32,411 nt of DNA from a virus (lineage: Duplodnaviria > Caudoviricetes). The stretch lies in IMG/VR virus record IMGVR_UViG_3300024988_000224, positions 1 through 32,411 of that record; one strand, given 5' to 3'. The translations under genes were made by a program, and so were the position numbers. Under the pieces are notes generated by a model, which was not told where the DNA came from, ran no database searches, and saw only the letters and a list, made by a program, of their open reading frames with translations. Of this stretch, positions 1 through 7,801 are shown in pieces. Position 1 is the stretch's first letter, and every line of letters begins with the position of its first letter.

Positions 1-1029
1 GTGCAGGACGGCAATATTCCCGATCTGCTGTCCACCACATCGGCGCAGTCTTCGGCGATCACCAGCCTGCAGAATGATCTGGCGGGCAAGGCCCCGGCCT
101 CGGCGCTGAATGCGCTGACGACGCGGGTGACAACGGCGGAGGGCAATATCACCGCCAATGCCGGTGCCGTGACGGCGCTCAGCGCCGATGTGGGGAAGTT
201 CGCGGCGGCAGGAAAGTTCCGGATCAGCGTCGAGGCCACGCCTTCCGGCGCCACTTCGCGCATCGGCCTTTCCGCCACGGCCTCGGGCGGGGCCAGCACC
301 CAGACGGCGGCGCTGTTTCTGGAGGCCACCAGCTCGGGCGTGGGGCGGGTGCTGATCGATGCCGACCGCTTTGCCATCCTCAACGGAACCACACGGGATG
401 TGCCCTTCGTGGTGGATGGTGGCGCCACCTATATCAGGAAGGCGATGATCAAGTCCGGCGATATCGATGCCGACAAGATCGACACCGCCAGCTTCAGCAC
501 CGCCGGCATGGCGCTGTTCGGCGGCACGCTGCAATCCGACAATTATGCGCCGGGCGCGGCGGGCTGGCGCATCCGCAGGAACGGTGTTGCCGAGTTCTGG
601 GGCCTGATCGTGCGCGGCTCGATCCAGGACGGTGCGGTCTCTGACCGGGCGGTCACCGCGCGGCCGGGCGACTGGACCAATGACACGACGGGGTCCTGGA
701 GTGTGGTGAACACCGTCACCCTGACCGGCCTGTCCCCCGATGCCATCTACTTTGCCAATATCAAGCTGGAGACCCGCAACCAGCTGACCGGCGACGGCAA
801 CACCCGCTACCGCGTCGAGCGGGATCTGCGCGATGGCGGCACCTGGCTTGGCTACGAGACGCTGGGCGGGACCGACCAGTCCACGACGGACTGGCTGGTG
901 CGCATCCACAGCGACTCGATCAACGGCGATTTTGACGGGGTGCGCTACCGGGTCAGCATTCTGACCGGCTCGGTCAGCAGCCCGATTTTGCGCAGGCTGC
1001 GCATGACCATCACAGGAGTGACACGATGA
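1..1029 (+). CDS. Phage tail tip/host-specificity (J-like) protein, C-terminal part (5' truncated by window)
   Basis: Coiled-coil 'SALNALTTRVTTAEG' segment, then 'LIDADRFAI..PFVVDGG..YI' and 'QSDNY..G..GWRI' motifs typical of J-like tail proteins; lies upstream of the tail fibre gene. Confidence 0.75.
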   Translation: MQDGNIPDLLSTTSAQSSAITSLQNDLAGKAPASALNALTTRVTTAEGNITANAGAVTALSADVGKFAAAGKFRISVEATPSGATSRIGLSATASGGASTQTAALFLEATSSGVGRVLIDADRFAILNGTTRDVPFVVDGGATYIRKAMIKSGDIDADKIDTASFSTAGMALFGGTLQSDNYAPGAAGWRIRRNGVAEFWGLIVRGSIQDGAVSDRAVTARPGDWTNDTTGSWSVVNTVTLTGLSPDAIYFANIKLETRNQLTGDGNTRYRVERDLRDGGTWLGYETLGGTDQSTTDWLVRIHSDSINGDFDGVRYRVSILTGSVSSPILRRLRMTITGVTR

Positions 1030-1199
1030 TTGTCTGGGCCGAGGCCGATGCGGCGGGTCTGCCCGCCGTGACCGGCAAATGCACCAATCCCGAAGATGTG
1101 CCGGAGGGCGCGGTGATCGTGCCGCCCGGTATCGATCCCGCCACATGCATTCTGCGCGGCGGGGAATGGCTGCCGCAACCGCAGGAGGAGACCCCATGA
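1026..1199 (+). CDS. Small hypothetical tail-region protein (57 aa, MIVWAEADAAG...QEETP), not in the ORF track
   Basis: ATGA overlaps with both neighbours (1026-1029 and 1196-1199); open frame with GC3-rich codons. Confidence 0.7.
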   Translation: MIVWAEADAAGLPAVTGKCTNPEDVPEGAVIVPPGIDPATCILRGGEWLPQPQEETP

Positions 1200-1363
1200 C
1201 CACTGTCGCCATCGATCCCGCCGTCGCCCTTGCCGAGGCCCATGCCCTGGTCGAGCATTACCGCAACCGCAGCCTGATCCAGGCGCAGGCCATCGCGGAT
1301 CTTCAGGCCCGCATCACCGAACTGGAAGCCGCCCTTCCGGCGGAGGAGGCCCCCGATGCCTGA
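1196..1363 (+). CDS. Small coiled-coil hypothetical protein (55 aa, MTTVAIDP...)
   Basis: AGGAGGAG RBS before ATG 1196; coupled to both neighbours; C-terminal part of ORF 1079..1363. Confidence 0.7.
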   Translation: MTTVAIDPAVALAEAHALVEHYRNRSLIQAQAIADLQARITELEAALPAEEAPDA

Positions 1364-2519
1364 TCTGCCCGTCAGCTATGCCACCGGCACGGTCACCCTC
1401 GGGGCAGGCTCCACCACCGTCACCGGCAGCGGCACCAGCTGGATCGCCGCCGGGCTGGAGGCGGGGGACATGTTCTGGGCGGCCGGGCTCAGCGTCAGGA
1501 TTGCCAGCGTCAACAGCGCGACCTCGCTCACGCTGGCCTTTCCCTGGCCGGGGGCGGCGCTGTCCGGCGCGAATTACGAGGTGCGGTTCACGCCGGATGC
1601 CACCCGCGTCCTCTCGGCCGCCCGCGAGGTCTTGTCGGCGCTGACCAATGGCAACCTGTCGTCGCTGGCGGGCCTCACGACCTCGGCCAACAAGCTCGCC
1701 TATTACACGGGGGCAGGCACGGCGGCGCTGACGACGCTCAGCGCCTTTGCCCGCACGCTGCTCGATGACGCGGATCAGGCCGCGATGCGTGCCACGCTGG
1801 GCCTCGTGCCGACAGGCTCCGCAACCGACACCACCGCCGGGCGGCTGGTCAGGACCGGGGATTACGGTCTGGGTACGGCGATCAGCCTCGGTGCCACCGA
1901 TAATCTGGATGCGCTTCTGGTCTCCGGGTTCTTCTATAACCCGACGGCGGGCAATACGGCGGGCAACAATTACCCGCCGGGGATCTCCGGTGCCGGGGCG
2001 CTGATCGTGGTGGCGCGCTCCTCGACCAACGTGATCCAGAAGTTCATCAGCTATGGCGGCACGTCCACCGCCTCCGGCCTGCGGGAGTTTACCCGGAGCT
2101 GGGGCACATCCGGCTGGGGACCGTGGGTGGAGCAGTTCCATCAGGGATCGCTGCTCGGGACCGTCTCCCAGTCCGGCGGCGTGCCGACCGGCAAGGTCAT
2201 CGAACGCGGCAGCAATGCCAATGGCGAATATGTCCGCTTTGCCGATGGCACCCAGATCTGCGTCAGTCCGACGCTCACCGTGGACGTAACAACGGCTGCC
2301 GGAGCGATTTACGGCACATCGGATGTACAGAACACCACGCTGCCTGCGGCTTTTGTCTCTACGGCAGGTGCGGTTGCTTCGGTCTGTGCCGCCAACACCG
2401 AAAACGCCTGGGGTGCTGCCCGTCCGCTCAGCACCTCCACTGTCAGCTGGCGCGCCTGGCGCACAAGCGCAGTCACCGGACAGCAATTCAGGCTGCTCAC
2501 CATCGGCCGCTGGTTCTGA
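1356..2519 (+). CDS. Phage tail fibre protein
   Basis: N-terminal 'YATGTVT..GSTTVTGSGTSW', 'ARTLLDDAD..AMRATLGL', 'ERGSNANGEYVRFADGTQIC' and C-terminal 'IGRWF' motifs typical of tail fibres; GGAGG RBS. Confidence 0.88.
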   Translation: MPDLPVSYATGTVTLGAGSTTVTGSGTSWIAAGLEAGDMFWAAGLSVRIASVNSATSLTLAFPWPGAALSGANYEVRFTPDATRVLSAAREVLSALTNGNLSSLAGLTTSANKLAYYTGAGTAALTTLSAFARTLLDDADQAAMRATLGLVPTGSATDTTAGRLVRTGDYGLGTAISLGATDNLDALLVSGFFYNPTAGNTAGNNYPPGISGAGALIVVARSSTNVIQKFISYGGTSTASGLREFTRSWGTSGWGPWVEQFHQGSLLGTVSQSGGVPTGKVIERGSNANGEYVRFADGTQICVSPTLTVDVTTAAGAIYGTSDVQNTTLPAAFVSTAGAVASVCAANTENAWGAARPLSTSTVSWRAWRTSAVTGQQFRLLTIGRWF

Positions 2520-2530
2520 GGAGACCCATC

Positions 2531-2863
2531 ATGCAGATCTCGTTCTCGCCCTTCCGCTCCGATTCCGCCCTCACCCTGTCCCGGCAGGGCGATGTCCTGA
2601 CCATCGACGGCGCGGATCTCGACTTCGGCCCCTTGCCCGAGGGCGCCGTCCTGCCGCGTGAAGCGGTGAATTGCGACTGGCTGGCCTCGGAGGTCACCCG
2701 GATCGACGGGGTGATCCATCTGACCCTGCTGCTGCCGCATGGCCCGATTCCGTGGCCCGCGCCGCCCGAGGCGCATGCCGTCACCCATCCCGAGCCGATC
2801 CTCGTCACCGCAGACGGGCCGATCCTGTTGCCGAGCTATAATCCCGGGGAGGTCGGCCAATGA
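2531..2863 (+). CDS. Tail-fibre-associated hypothetical protein (MQISFSPFRSD...)
   Basis: GAGGAG RBS before ATG 2531; resembles the family usually found right after phage tail fibres; ATGA coupling to the next gene. Confidence 0.75.
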   Translation: MQISFSPFRSDSALTLSRQGDVLTIDGADLDFGPLPEGAVLPREAVNCDWLASEVTRIDGVIHLTLLLPHGPIPWPAPPEAHAVTHPEPILVTADGPILLPSYNPGEVGQ

Positions 2864-3270
2864 TCGACTGGAGCAGGACGATCACCGCCGAGGCCCGCGC
2901 CGCAGCCGCGCTGGAGGCTGCCAAAGCCGAGGCCCGTGTCACGCTGGCAGCGGCCGTCACCGCCGCCCGCGCCGCGCTGATCACCGATCTGCCGGGGCAG
3001 AGCATGATCTACCTGGCGAAAGAGGCGGAGGCCCGCGCCTGGATGGCCGATCCGACACCGGACCCCGCCGCCTATCCGCTGCTCTCGGCCGAGCTGGGCA
3101 TCACCGCCCCCGATGGCGCCAGCCTCGCACAGATCTGGCTCAACCTCGCCACCCTCTGGCGCAGCACCGCCGCCGATCTGGAGGCCCTCCGCCTCACCAC
3201 CATCGCCGCAATCGACGCCGCGACGACACTTGAGGAGGTCGACGCGGCGATGGCAAGCGTGATGATTTGA
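2860..3270 (+). CDS. Putative tail fibre assembly/chaperone protein
   Basis: 'MIDWS..IT' start, Ala-rich helical protein, last gene of the tail operon. Confidence 0.7.
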   Translation: MIDWSRTITAEARAAAALEAAKAEARVTLAAAVTAARAALITDLPGQSMIYLAKEAEARAWMADPTPDPAAYPLLSAELGITAPDGASLAQIWLNLATLWRSTAADLEALRLTTIAAIDAATTLEEVDAAMASVMI

Positions 3271-3288
3271 GGGCTGGCGTTAACCGGG

Positions 3289-3377
3289 GCTTTACAGCAC
3301 CCTTTGCCGGTCGATGTGAAAATCGCTCTGCTGCAGGATTTGTTGTAAAACTCTGCAGCTTTTGCCGTCACGCTACA
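3289..3377. mobile_element. Putative right end of a Mu-like/TGT-ACA transposable phage
   Basis: Ends in ..CGCTACA just after the last tail gene; read inward it has three related sites (TGACGGCAAAGCTGCAG, TACAACAAATCCTGCAG, GACCGGCAAAGGGTGCTG), like R1-R3 transposase sites. Confidence 0.6.
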
Positions 3378-3382
3378 ACATC

Positions 3383-3458
3383 TGTGAGTTGACACAGAAA
3401 GCTGCACAAAGGTGGGAACAGTCGGGAAGGTGTGGGATGTTTTGGTAAATCATTGGTT
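3383..3458. mobile_element. Putative left end matching the 3377 right end
   Basis: TGTGAGTTGACACAGAAAGCTGCA vs inverted right end TGTAGCGTGACGGCAAAGCTGCA; IHF-like site (one mismatch) at 3446-3458. Confidence 0.45.
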
Positions 3459-3542
3459 AAATGTAGTTTTATGAAGTTCAGTTCTCGCTCGGGCTGCTTG
3501 CCTGTCGGAGAAACTATGAACGCAAGCGCGTAAGCCCCTTTA

Positions 3543-3785
3543 TGTTAGATCTCCGAACCGGGCGATTTGCCCGGCGGAGAAGGGACCGTTTAAGTGTCCG
3601 TTTTCACGACGAGAAATTGCGATCTTGAGCCTTTGGCGGCTGGAAATCGCGGCCGAATTGGCCATCCGAACATGCAAATCGGCCCGCAAGTTTCCGGAGC
3701 CAGTTGCATGTTCGGTTAAGTCATTGATTTTGCGCCGGGCTGGCCTGCCGGGCTGTGCGATGCCTCGCCCCGAACATGCAACTGA
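3543..3785. mobile_element. Second left-end-like region of a Mu-like prophage, with repeated binding sites
   Basis: Starts TGTTAGATCTCCGAACC; CCGAACATGCAA at 3666-3677, 3704-3715 (inverted) and 3770-3781; IHF consensus match (AATCAATGACTTA on - strand) at 3717-3729. Confidence 0.55.
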
Positions 3786-3923
3786 TTTTTCGCGATGGAG
3801 GCTGAGTGGGAGGTGCCTCAATGGATCAAGCAGCCGGTTGGCATCTTGGCGCGCGGAAACACTTGAAGGCATTCAGTGCCAGGCACTAGGACTTTCATCC
3901 AGGCGAAGGGGAGGTGAGACCGC

Positions 3924-4142
3924 ATGAACAGCTTTGCAGGCGGTATAATCGTGGTCCTGCTGCTGATCTTTAATGTTTGGCTCTACTTTTTCGTACCGGC
4001 GTCCATGGCGACCGAGCGCGGTCGGTCGCCCGTTGCCTGGGTCATTGTCGGTTTGTTGCTGACACCATTCGTTGCCATCATAGCGCTGGTGGTTCTTGGT
4101 GGAACTGCTGGAACGCCTCCCTCGGGTTTACGCAAGTCGTAG
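3924..4142 (+). CDS. Small two-TM membrane protein (possible superinfection exclusion factor)
   Basis: 72 aa, two hydrophobic helices around 'MATERGRS..W'; GGAGG RBS; function is inference. Confidence 0.6.
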   Translation: MNSFAGGIIVVLLLIFNVWLYFFVPASMATERGRSPVAWVIVGLLLTPFVAIIALVVLGGTAGTPPSGLRKS

Positions 4143-4372
4143 GAGAGAAGCCGATCTACGGATCCGTTGCTCGCGACAGTCTTTCAGACGCTTCCACACC
4201 TGGGGAGAGGCCGACGGTTGGTGGGTGTCAAGAAGCGCAGACGCGCAAACACCGGCATTCCCCGGGGCTTGCGATCAACCTGCTTTTTCGCCCATATGAT
4301 CGCTCGTAGAATCCGATCGACAGAAGCCTGTCGGTCCTGTAAACTGGGCATGTTGCTCAGGACGGAGTTCGG

Positions 4373-5698
4373 ATGCGCCCAATCGGAATCGACCTTTTTG
4401 CCGGTGCAGGCGGTCTGAGCCTTGGCTTCGAGCAGGCTGGTTTCGATGTCGTGGCCGCCGTCGAGATCGACCCGGTGCATTGTGCTGTGCACAAGTTCAA
4501 CTTTCCCGACTGCGCAGTGATTGCCCGCTCTGTCGAGGGGCTCTCGGGCAATGAGATCCGCATGGCGGCCGGGATCGGCAACAGGGCAGTCGATTGCGTC
4601 TTTGGTGGCGCGCCATGCCAGGGTTTCTCGTTGATCGGCCATCGGGTGCTGGACGATCCGCGCAACCGCCTAGTGCTGGACTTCGTGCGCATTGTCGCCG
4701 AGCTGGATGCGCGAACTTTCGTTTTCGAGAACGTTAAAGGCCTGACGGTTGGCCGCCACAAGCAGTTCCTCACAGAGCTTGTCGCGGCCTTCGAAGCAAA
4801 GGGCTATGCGGTCCAGCTGCCATGGAAAGTCCTGAATGCGGGTGAATTCGGAACGCCGCAATCGCGGGAGCGCCTGATCCTGATGGGGGCGAAGAAAGGC
4901 ACGCAGCTGCCCGTCTATCCCGCGCCGCAGATGCGGATCTCCGGCAAGAAGGGGCCTGCTGACCTGCCGCCGGGGCCGACGTGTGCTGACGCGTTGGATG
5001 ATCTTCCTGATGCGGAGAGCTTTGCAGCGCTGCACCTGTCGGATTCGGTGCGCACGAAGATTGGCAAAGCCCGTTCATCTTATGCGGCACGGCTGCGCTG
5101 TGAAGGGAATGATGCCTGGGCCTTTGGGTATCCGAGAGATTGGGACAAGGGTCTTCTGACCTCGAGCGCTCGGACCGAGCATACCGAGATTTCCCGCAGG
5201 CGCTTCCGTGCGACTGCGCCCGGGCAGGTCGAGCCGATCAGCCGCTTCTTCAAGCTATCGCCGGAAGGTGTCTCAAACACACTGCGGGCAGGGACAGATG
5301 GTGCGCGCGGGGCTTTCACCAGCCCCCGACCGATCCATTATCGCTATGATCGCTGCATCACCGTGCGGGAAATGGCCCGGTTGCATGGTTTTCCGGACTG
5401 GTTTCGCTTCAATGTGACCAAGTGGCATGGGGCTCGTCAAATCGGCAATGCGGTGCCGCCGCCGCTCGCAGAGGCCGTCGCAGGACAGATCATCAAGGCG
5501 CTTGGCATGACGCCAGAACGGCCGACCGCGCCGATATCCCTTGGTGATCCGGTGCTGCTGCAAATGGATGTGTCCAGCGCCTCTGCCCATTTTGGCGTCA
5601 AGGCCCCGAAGTCGGGCCGCGACCGCAAGAGTGGCGCGAAGAAGCGCAAGCAGGAAGAGATAGAGCAGGATGTCTACGCAAAGGTCGCCCGTGGCTAA
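4373..5698 (+). CDS. DNA (cytosine-5) methyltransferase of a type II R-M system
   Basis: Motifs I FAGAGG, IV GAPCQGFS, VI ENV, VIII QSRERL, IX TVREMARLHGFPD, X IGNAVPP. Confidence 0.96.
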   Translation: MRPIGIDLFAGAGGLSLGFEQAGFDVVAAVEIDPVHCAVHKFNFPDCAVIARSVEGLSGNEIRMAAGIGNRAVDCVFGGAPCQGFSLIGHRVLDDPRNRLVLDFVRIVAELDARTFVFENVKGLTVGRHKQFLTELVAAFEAKGYAVQLPWKVLNAGEFGTPQSRERLILMGAKKGTQLPVYPAPQMRISGKKGPADLPPGPTCADALDDLPDAESFAALHLSDSVRTKIGKARSSYAARLRCEGNDAWAFGYPRDWDKGLLTSSARTEHTEISRRRFRATAPGQVEPISRFFKLSPEGVSNTLRAGTDGARGAFTSPRPIHYRYDRCITVREMARLHGFPDWFRFNVTKWHGARQIGNAVPPPLAEAVAGQIIKALGMTPERPTAPISLGDPVLLQMDVSSASAHFGVKAPKSGRDRKSGAKKRKQEEIEQDVYAKVARG

Positions 5699-6476
5699 GG
5701 TGAACCGCTATCATGCGCTGATTTCCCGGATCTTCTTCGAAGGCTACTCTTCCGGCACGACGGCATTCGAATTTGACCGCGAAGACCTCCCACGCGCGGC
5801 AGCCGCGCTGGGTATCGTATTGCCAAAGAACCTGGGCGACGTGATCTATTCTGTGCGCTTTCGCAGCCCGTTGCCTGATGACATTCTGGCCACGCAACCG
5901 CCGGGTATGGAGTGGATCATCGAGGGTGCTGGCCGGGCGGCGTATCGCTTCAGGCTGGTGCGGATCAACCGGATCGTGCCCCGCGCTGATTTGCTTCGCA
6001 TCGCCATTCCGGATGCTACACCCGAGCTGATCCGGGCCTACGCGCTGGACGACGAACAGGCGCTGCTCGCTATCGTTCGCTATAACCGGCTTATCGACAC
6101 CTTTCTGGGCCTGACCACCTATAGCCTTCAGAACCACTTGCGCACCACGGTCAAAGGGATCGGGCAGATAGAGATCGACGAGCTCTATATTGGCCTCGAC
6201 AAGCGCGGCTGCCATTATGTGATCCCGGTACAGGCCAAGGGTGGGAAGGATCAGATCGGCATCGTGCAGACGACGCAGGATATCCGGTTCGTGGAGCAGA
6301 AGTTTCCGGGCTTGCGCTGTCGTGCCATCGCCGCTCAGTTCATGGAAGATCAGGTGATTGCACTGTTTGAGCTTGGTCTGGACGGCGATGAGATCCGCGT
6401 GGTGGAGGAGCGCCACTATCGCCTTGTTCCCGCGCGAGAGCTCGACCGGGATGCGATTCAAAAATACCGGGACTGA
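5691..6476 (+). CDS. Putative type II restriction endonuclease (PD-(D/E)xK fold)
   Basis: GTG start overlaps the MTase stop; 'EIDELY...PVQAK' catalytic-like motif; operonic with the C5-MTase. Confidence 0.78.
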   Translation: MAKVNRYHALISRIFFEGYSSGTTAFEFDREDLPRAAAALGIVLPKNLGDVIYSVRFRSPLPDDILATQPPGMEWIIEGAGRAAYRFRLVRINRIVPRADLLRIAIPDATPELIRAYALDDEQALLAIVRYNRLIDTFLGLTTYSLQNHLRTTVKGIGQIEIDELYIGLDKRGCHYVIPVQAKGGKDQIGIVQTTQDIRFVEQKFPGLRCRAIAAQFMEDQVIALFELGLDGDEIRVVEERHYRLVPARELDRDAIQKYRD

Positions 6477-6487
6477 GGGGCTGGTTG

Positions 6488-6563
6488 CGGCCCAAAGCGG
6501 ACCTTCACTGCCTTGCGGGGTCTGCAGTGCGGCTTCATCAAAGCTGACATATTGGATGAACGC
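6488..6563. repeat. Intergenic repeat, copy 1
   Basis: CGGCCC-N2-AGCGGACCTT...CTGCAGTGC-R-GCTTC-N-T-N-AAAGC...GAT-R-AACGC shared with 7626-7703. Confidence 0.7.
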
Positions 6564-6620
6564 GGCCTATCTGCTACATATAACGCTGATGAATAATACT
6601 GACCAAAGTTTTGGATTATT

Positions 6621-7442
6621 ATGGCTGAACTCGTAAGCACTGTTGAACATGTACTCGACAATATCGAAACGCTCTACCTTTATGGCGAGAGCGCCAACGA
6701 GGGCGAACGAAGATTTCACAACGCTCGGATCAAAAATGGCAAGCTCTTTGCTGTTATGCAGGTTCGCGACAGTTTTCGGTTCGCTCCCAGCAAATTCGCT
6801 GGATACTTAGATAATGACATTAGCCATGCTAACGATCTTGCTGAACGGGATGGTCGAAAGACAAACATTATGCTGTCCCGTCTATTCGGCGACGCACTGG
6901 AGCCTGGCGACCAGGCTTATGACGCCATTGACCAAGGTTTCTTAGCATACTGTGATCGAAAAGGTATCGTGCCATCCAAGCATCACCGCAAGCGTCGATA
7001 TTGGCTGTCGGGTCCAGATTTAGCGGAGAAGCCTACGGCGGATCCAAAGGAGCTATCCGAAAGCGTTGCACGCGCACTCAAACGGATTCGCTCAAGAAAA
7101 CAACCAGCCCCAGAAGGGCGGCATAAGGTCCCGAGAGGTTCCGCGATAGTTGAGAGGTATGTTCGAGATCCAGAGGTCATCGCTTGGGTACTCGTAGAAG
7201 CCGCTGGGCATTGTGAGAATTGCGGCAGCCCGGCCCCCTTCAAACGATCAAACGGGGAACCATTCTTGGAAGTACATCATGTGAGACCGCTGGGGGAAGG
7301 TGGCCCGGACACAACAGATAACGCGGTTGCGTGCTGCCCGAACTGCCATAGAAAGTTGCACTTCGACAGGGAGAAGGACGGCCTCCGCCTCAAATTGATT
7401 TCTACTGTCAAACGGTTGAAAGACTTCCCATCGAACGTGTAG
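6621..7442 (+). CDS. HNH endonuclease with McrA-like C-terminal domain
   Basis: 'YVRDPEVIAWVL..A.GHCENC...APF...GEPFLEVHHV.PL..GG.DTTDN.VACCPNCHR.LH' closely follows the EcoKMcrA HNH/Zn domain; N-terminal domain differs; lower GC. Confidence 0.88.
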   Translation: MAELVSTVEHVLDNIETLYLYGESANEGERRFHNARIKNGKLFAVMQVRDSFRFAPSKFAGYLDNDISHANDLAERDGRKTNIMLSRLFGDALEPGDQAYDAIDQGFLAYCDRKGIVPSKHHRKRRYWLSGPDLAEKPTADPKELSESVARALKRIRSRKQPAPEGRHKVPRGSAIVERYVRDPEVIAWVLVEAAGHCENCGSPAPFKRSNGEPFLEVHHVRPLGEGGPDTTDNAVACCPNCHRKLHFDREKDGLRLKLISTVKRLKDFPSNV

Positions 7443-7477
7443 AAGGGAAGGCCTCAGTCAGTTCATCGCTATCGGCC

Positions 7478-7626
7478 GAGGCTGTGTGAAAACTCAGATT
7501 TCCTGAAGTCGCGAAGGACAATTTCCTTGTCAGGCTGCCAGCATCGGAACAAAACTTCTCAGAATCGCTAGCGGACGAACACTATTCCGGATCTGGCCAT
7601 GTCCGATCGAGTTTTCACACAGCCTC
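7478..7626. mobile_element. 149-bp MITE with IS1182-like ends
   Basis: Perfect 18-bp TIRs GAGGCTGTGTGAAAACTC (7478-7495 and 7609-7626) flanked by GGCC duplication (7474-7477, 7627-7630); no transposase; family call is from recall of the end sequence. Confidence 0.8.
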
Positions 7627-7703
7627 GGCCCTCAGCGGACCTTGGGCCACGTATACGGCGCTGCAGTGCAGCTTCCTGAAAGCAGTCGTTCGTTGATAAA
7701 CGC
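7626..7703. repeat. Intergenic repeat, copy 2 (MITE inserted at its GGCC)
   Basis: Aligns with 6488-6563 in direct orientation. Confidence 0.7.
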
Positions 7704-7801
7704 CCTTTGACCGCCGCCAAGTCATCGAAAACTGGCGATTGCAAGCTCATCATCCATATTCACCTGACACGTGCGCTTGAGAACGGACTTCCATTCGGAT
7801 G

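Noticed and set aside
3666-3785. CRISPR array
   Set aside because: Only three short repeats in mixed orientation with irregular spacing, and no cas genes
3540-3927. ORFs 3540-3872 and 3625-3927
   Set aside because: They overlap the repeat-rich end region, have weak starts and show no protein-like features
6488-7703. Integron attC sites
   Set aside because: No RYYYAAC...GTTRRRY boxes and no integrase
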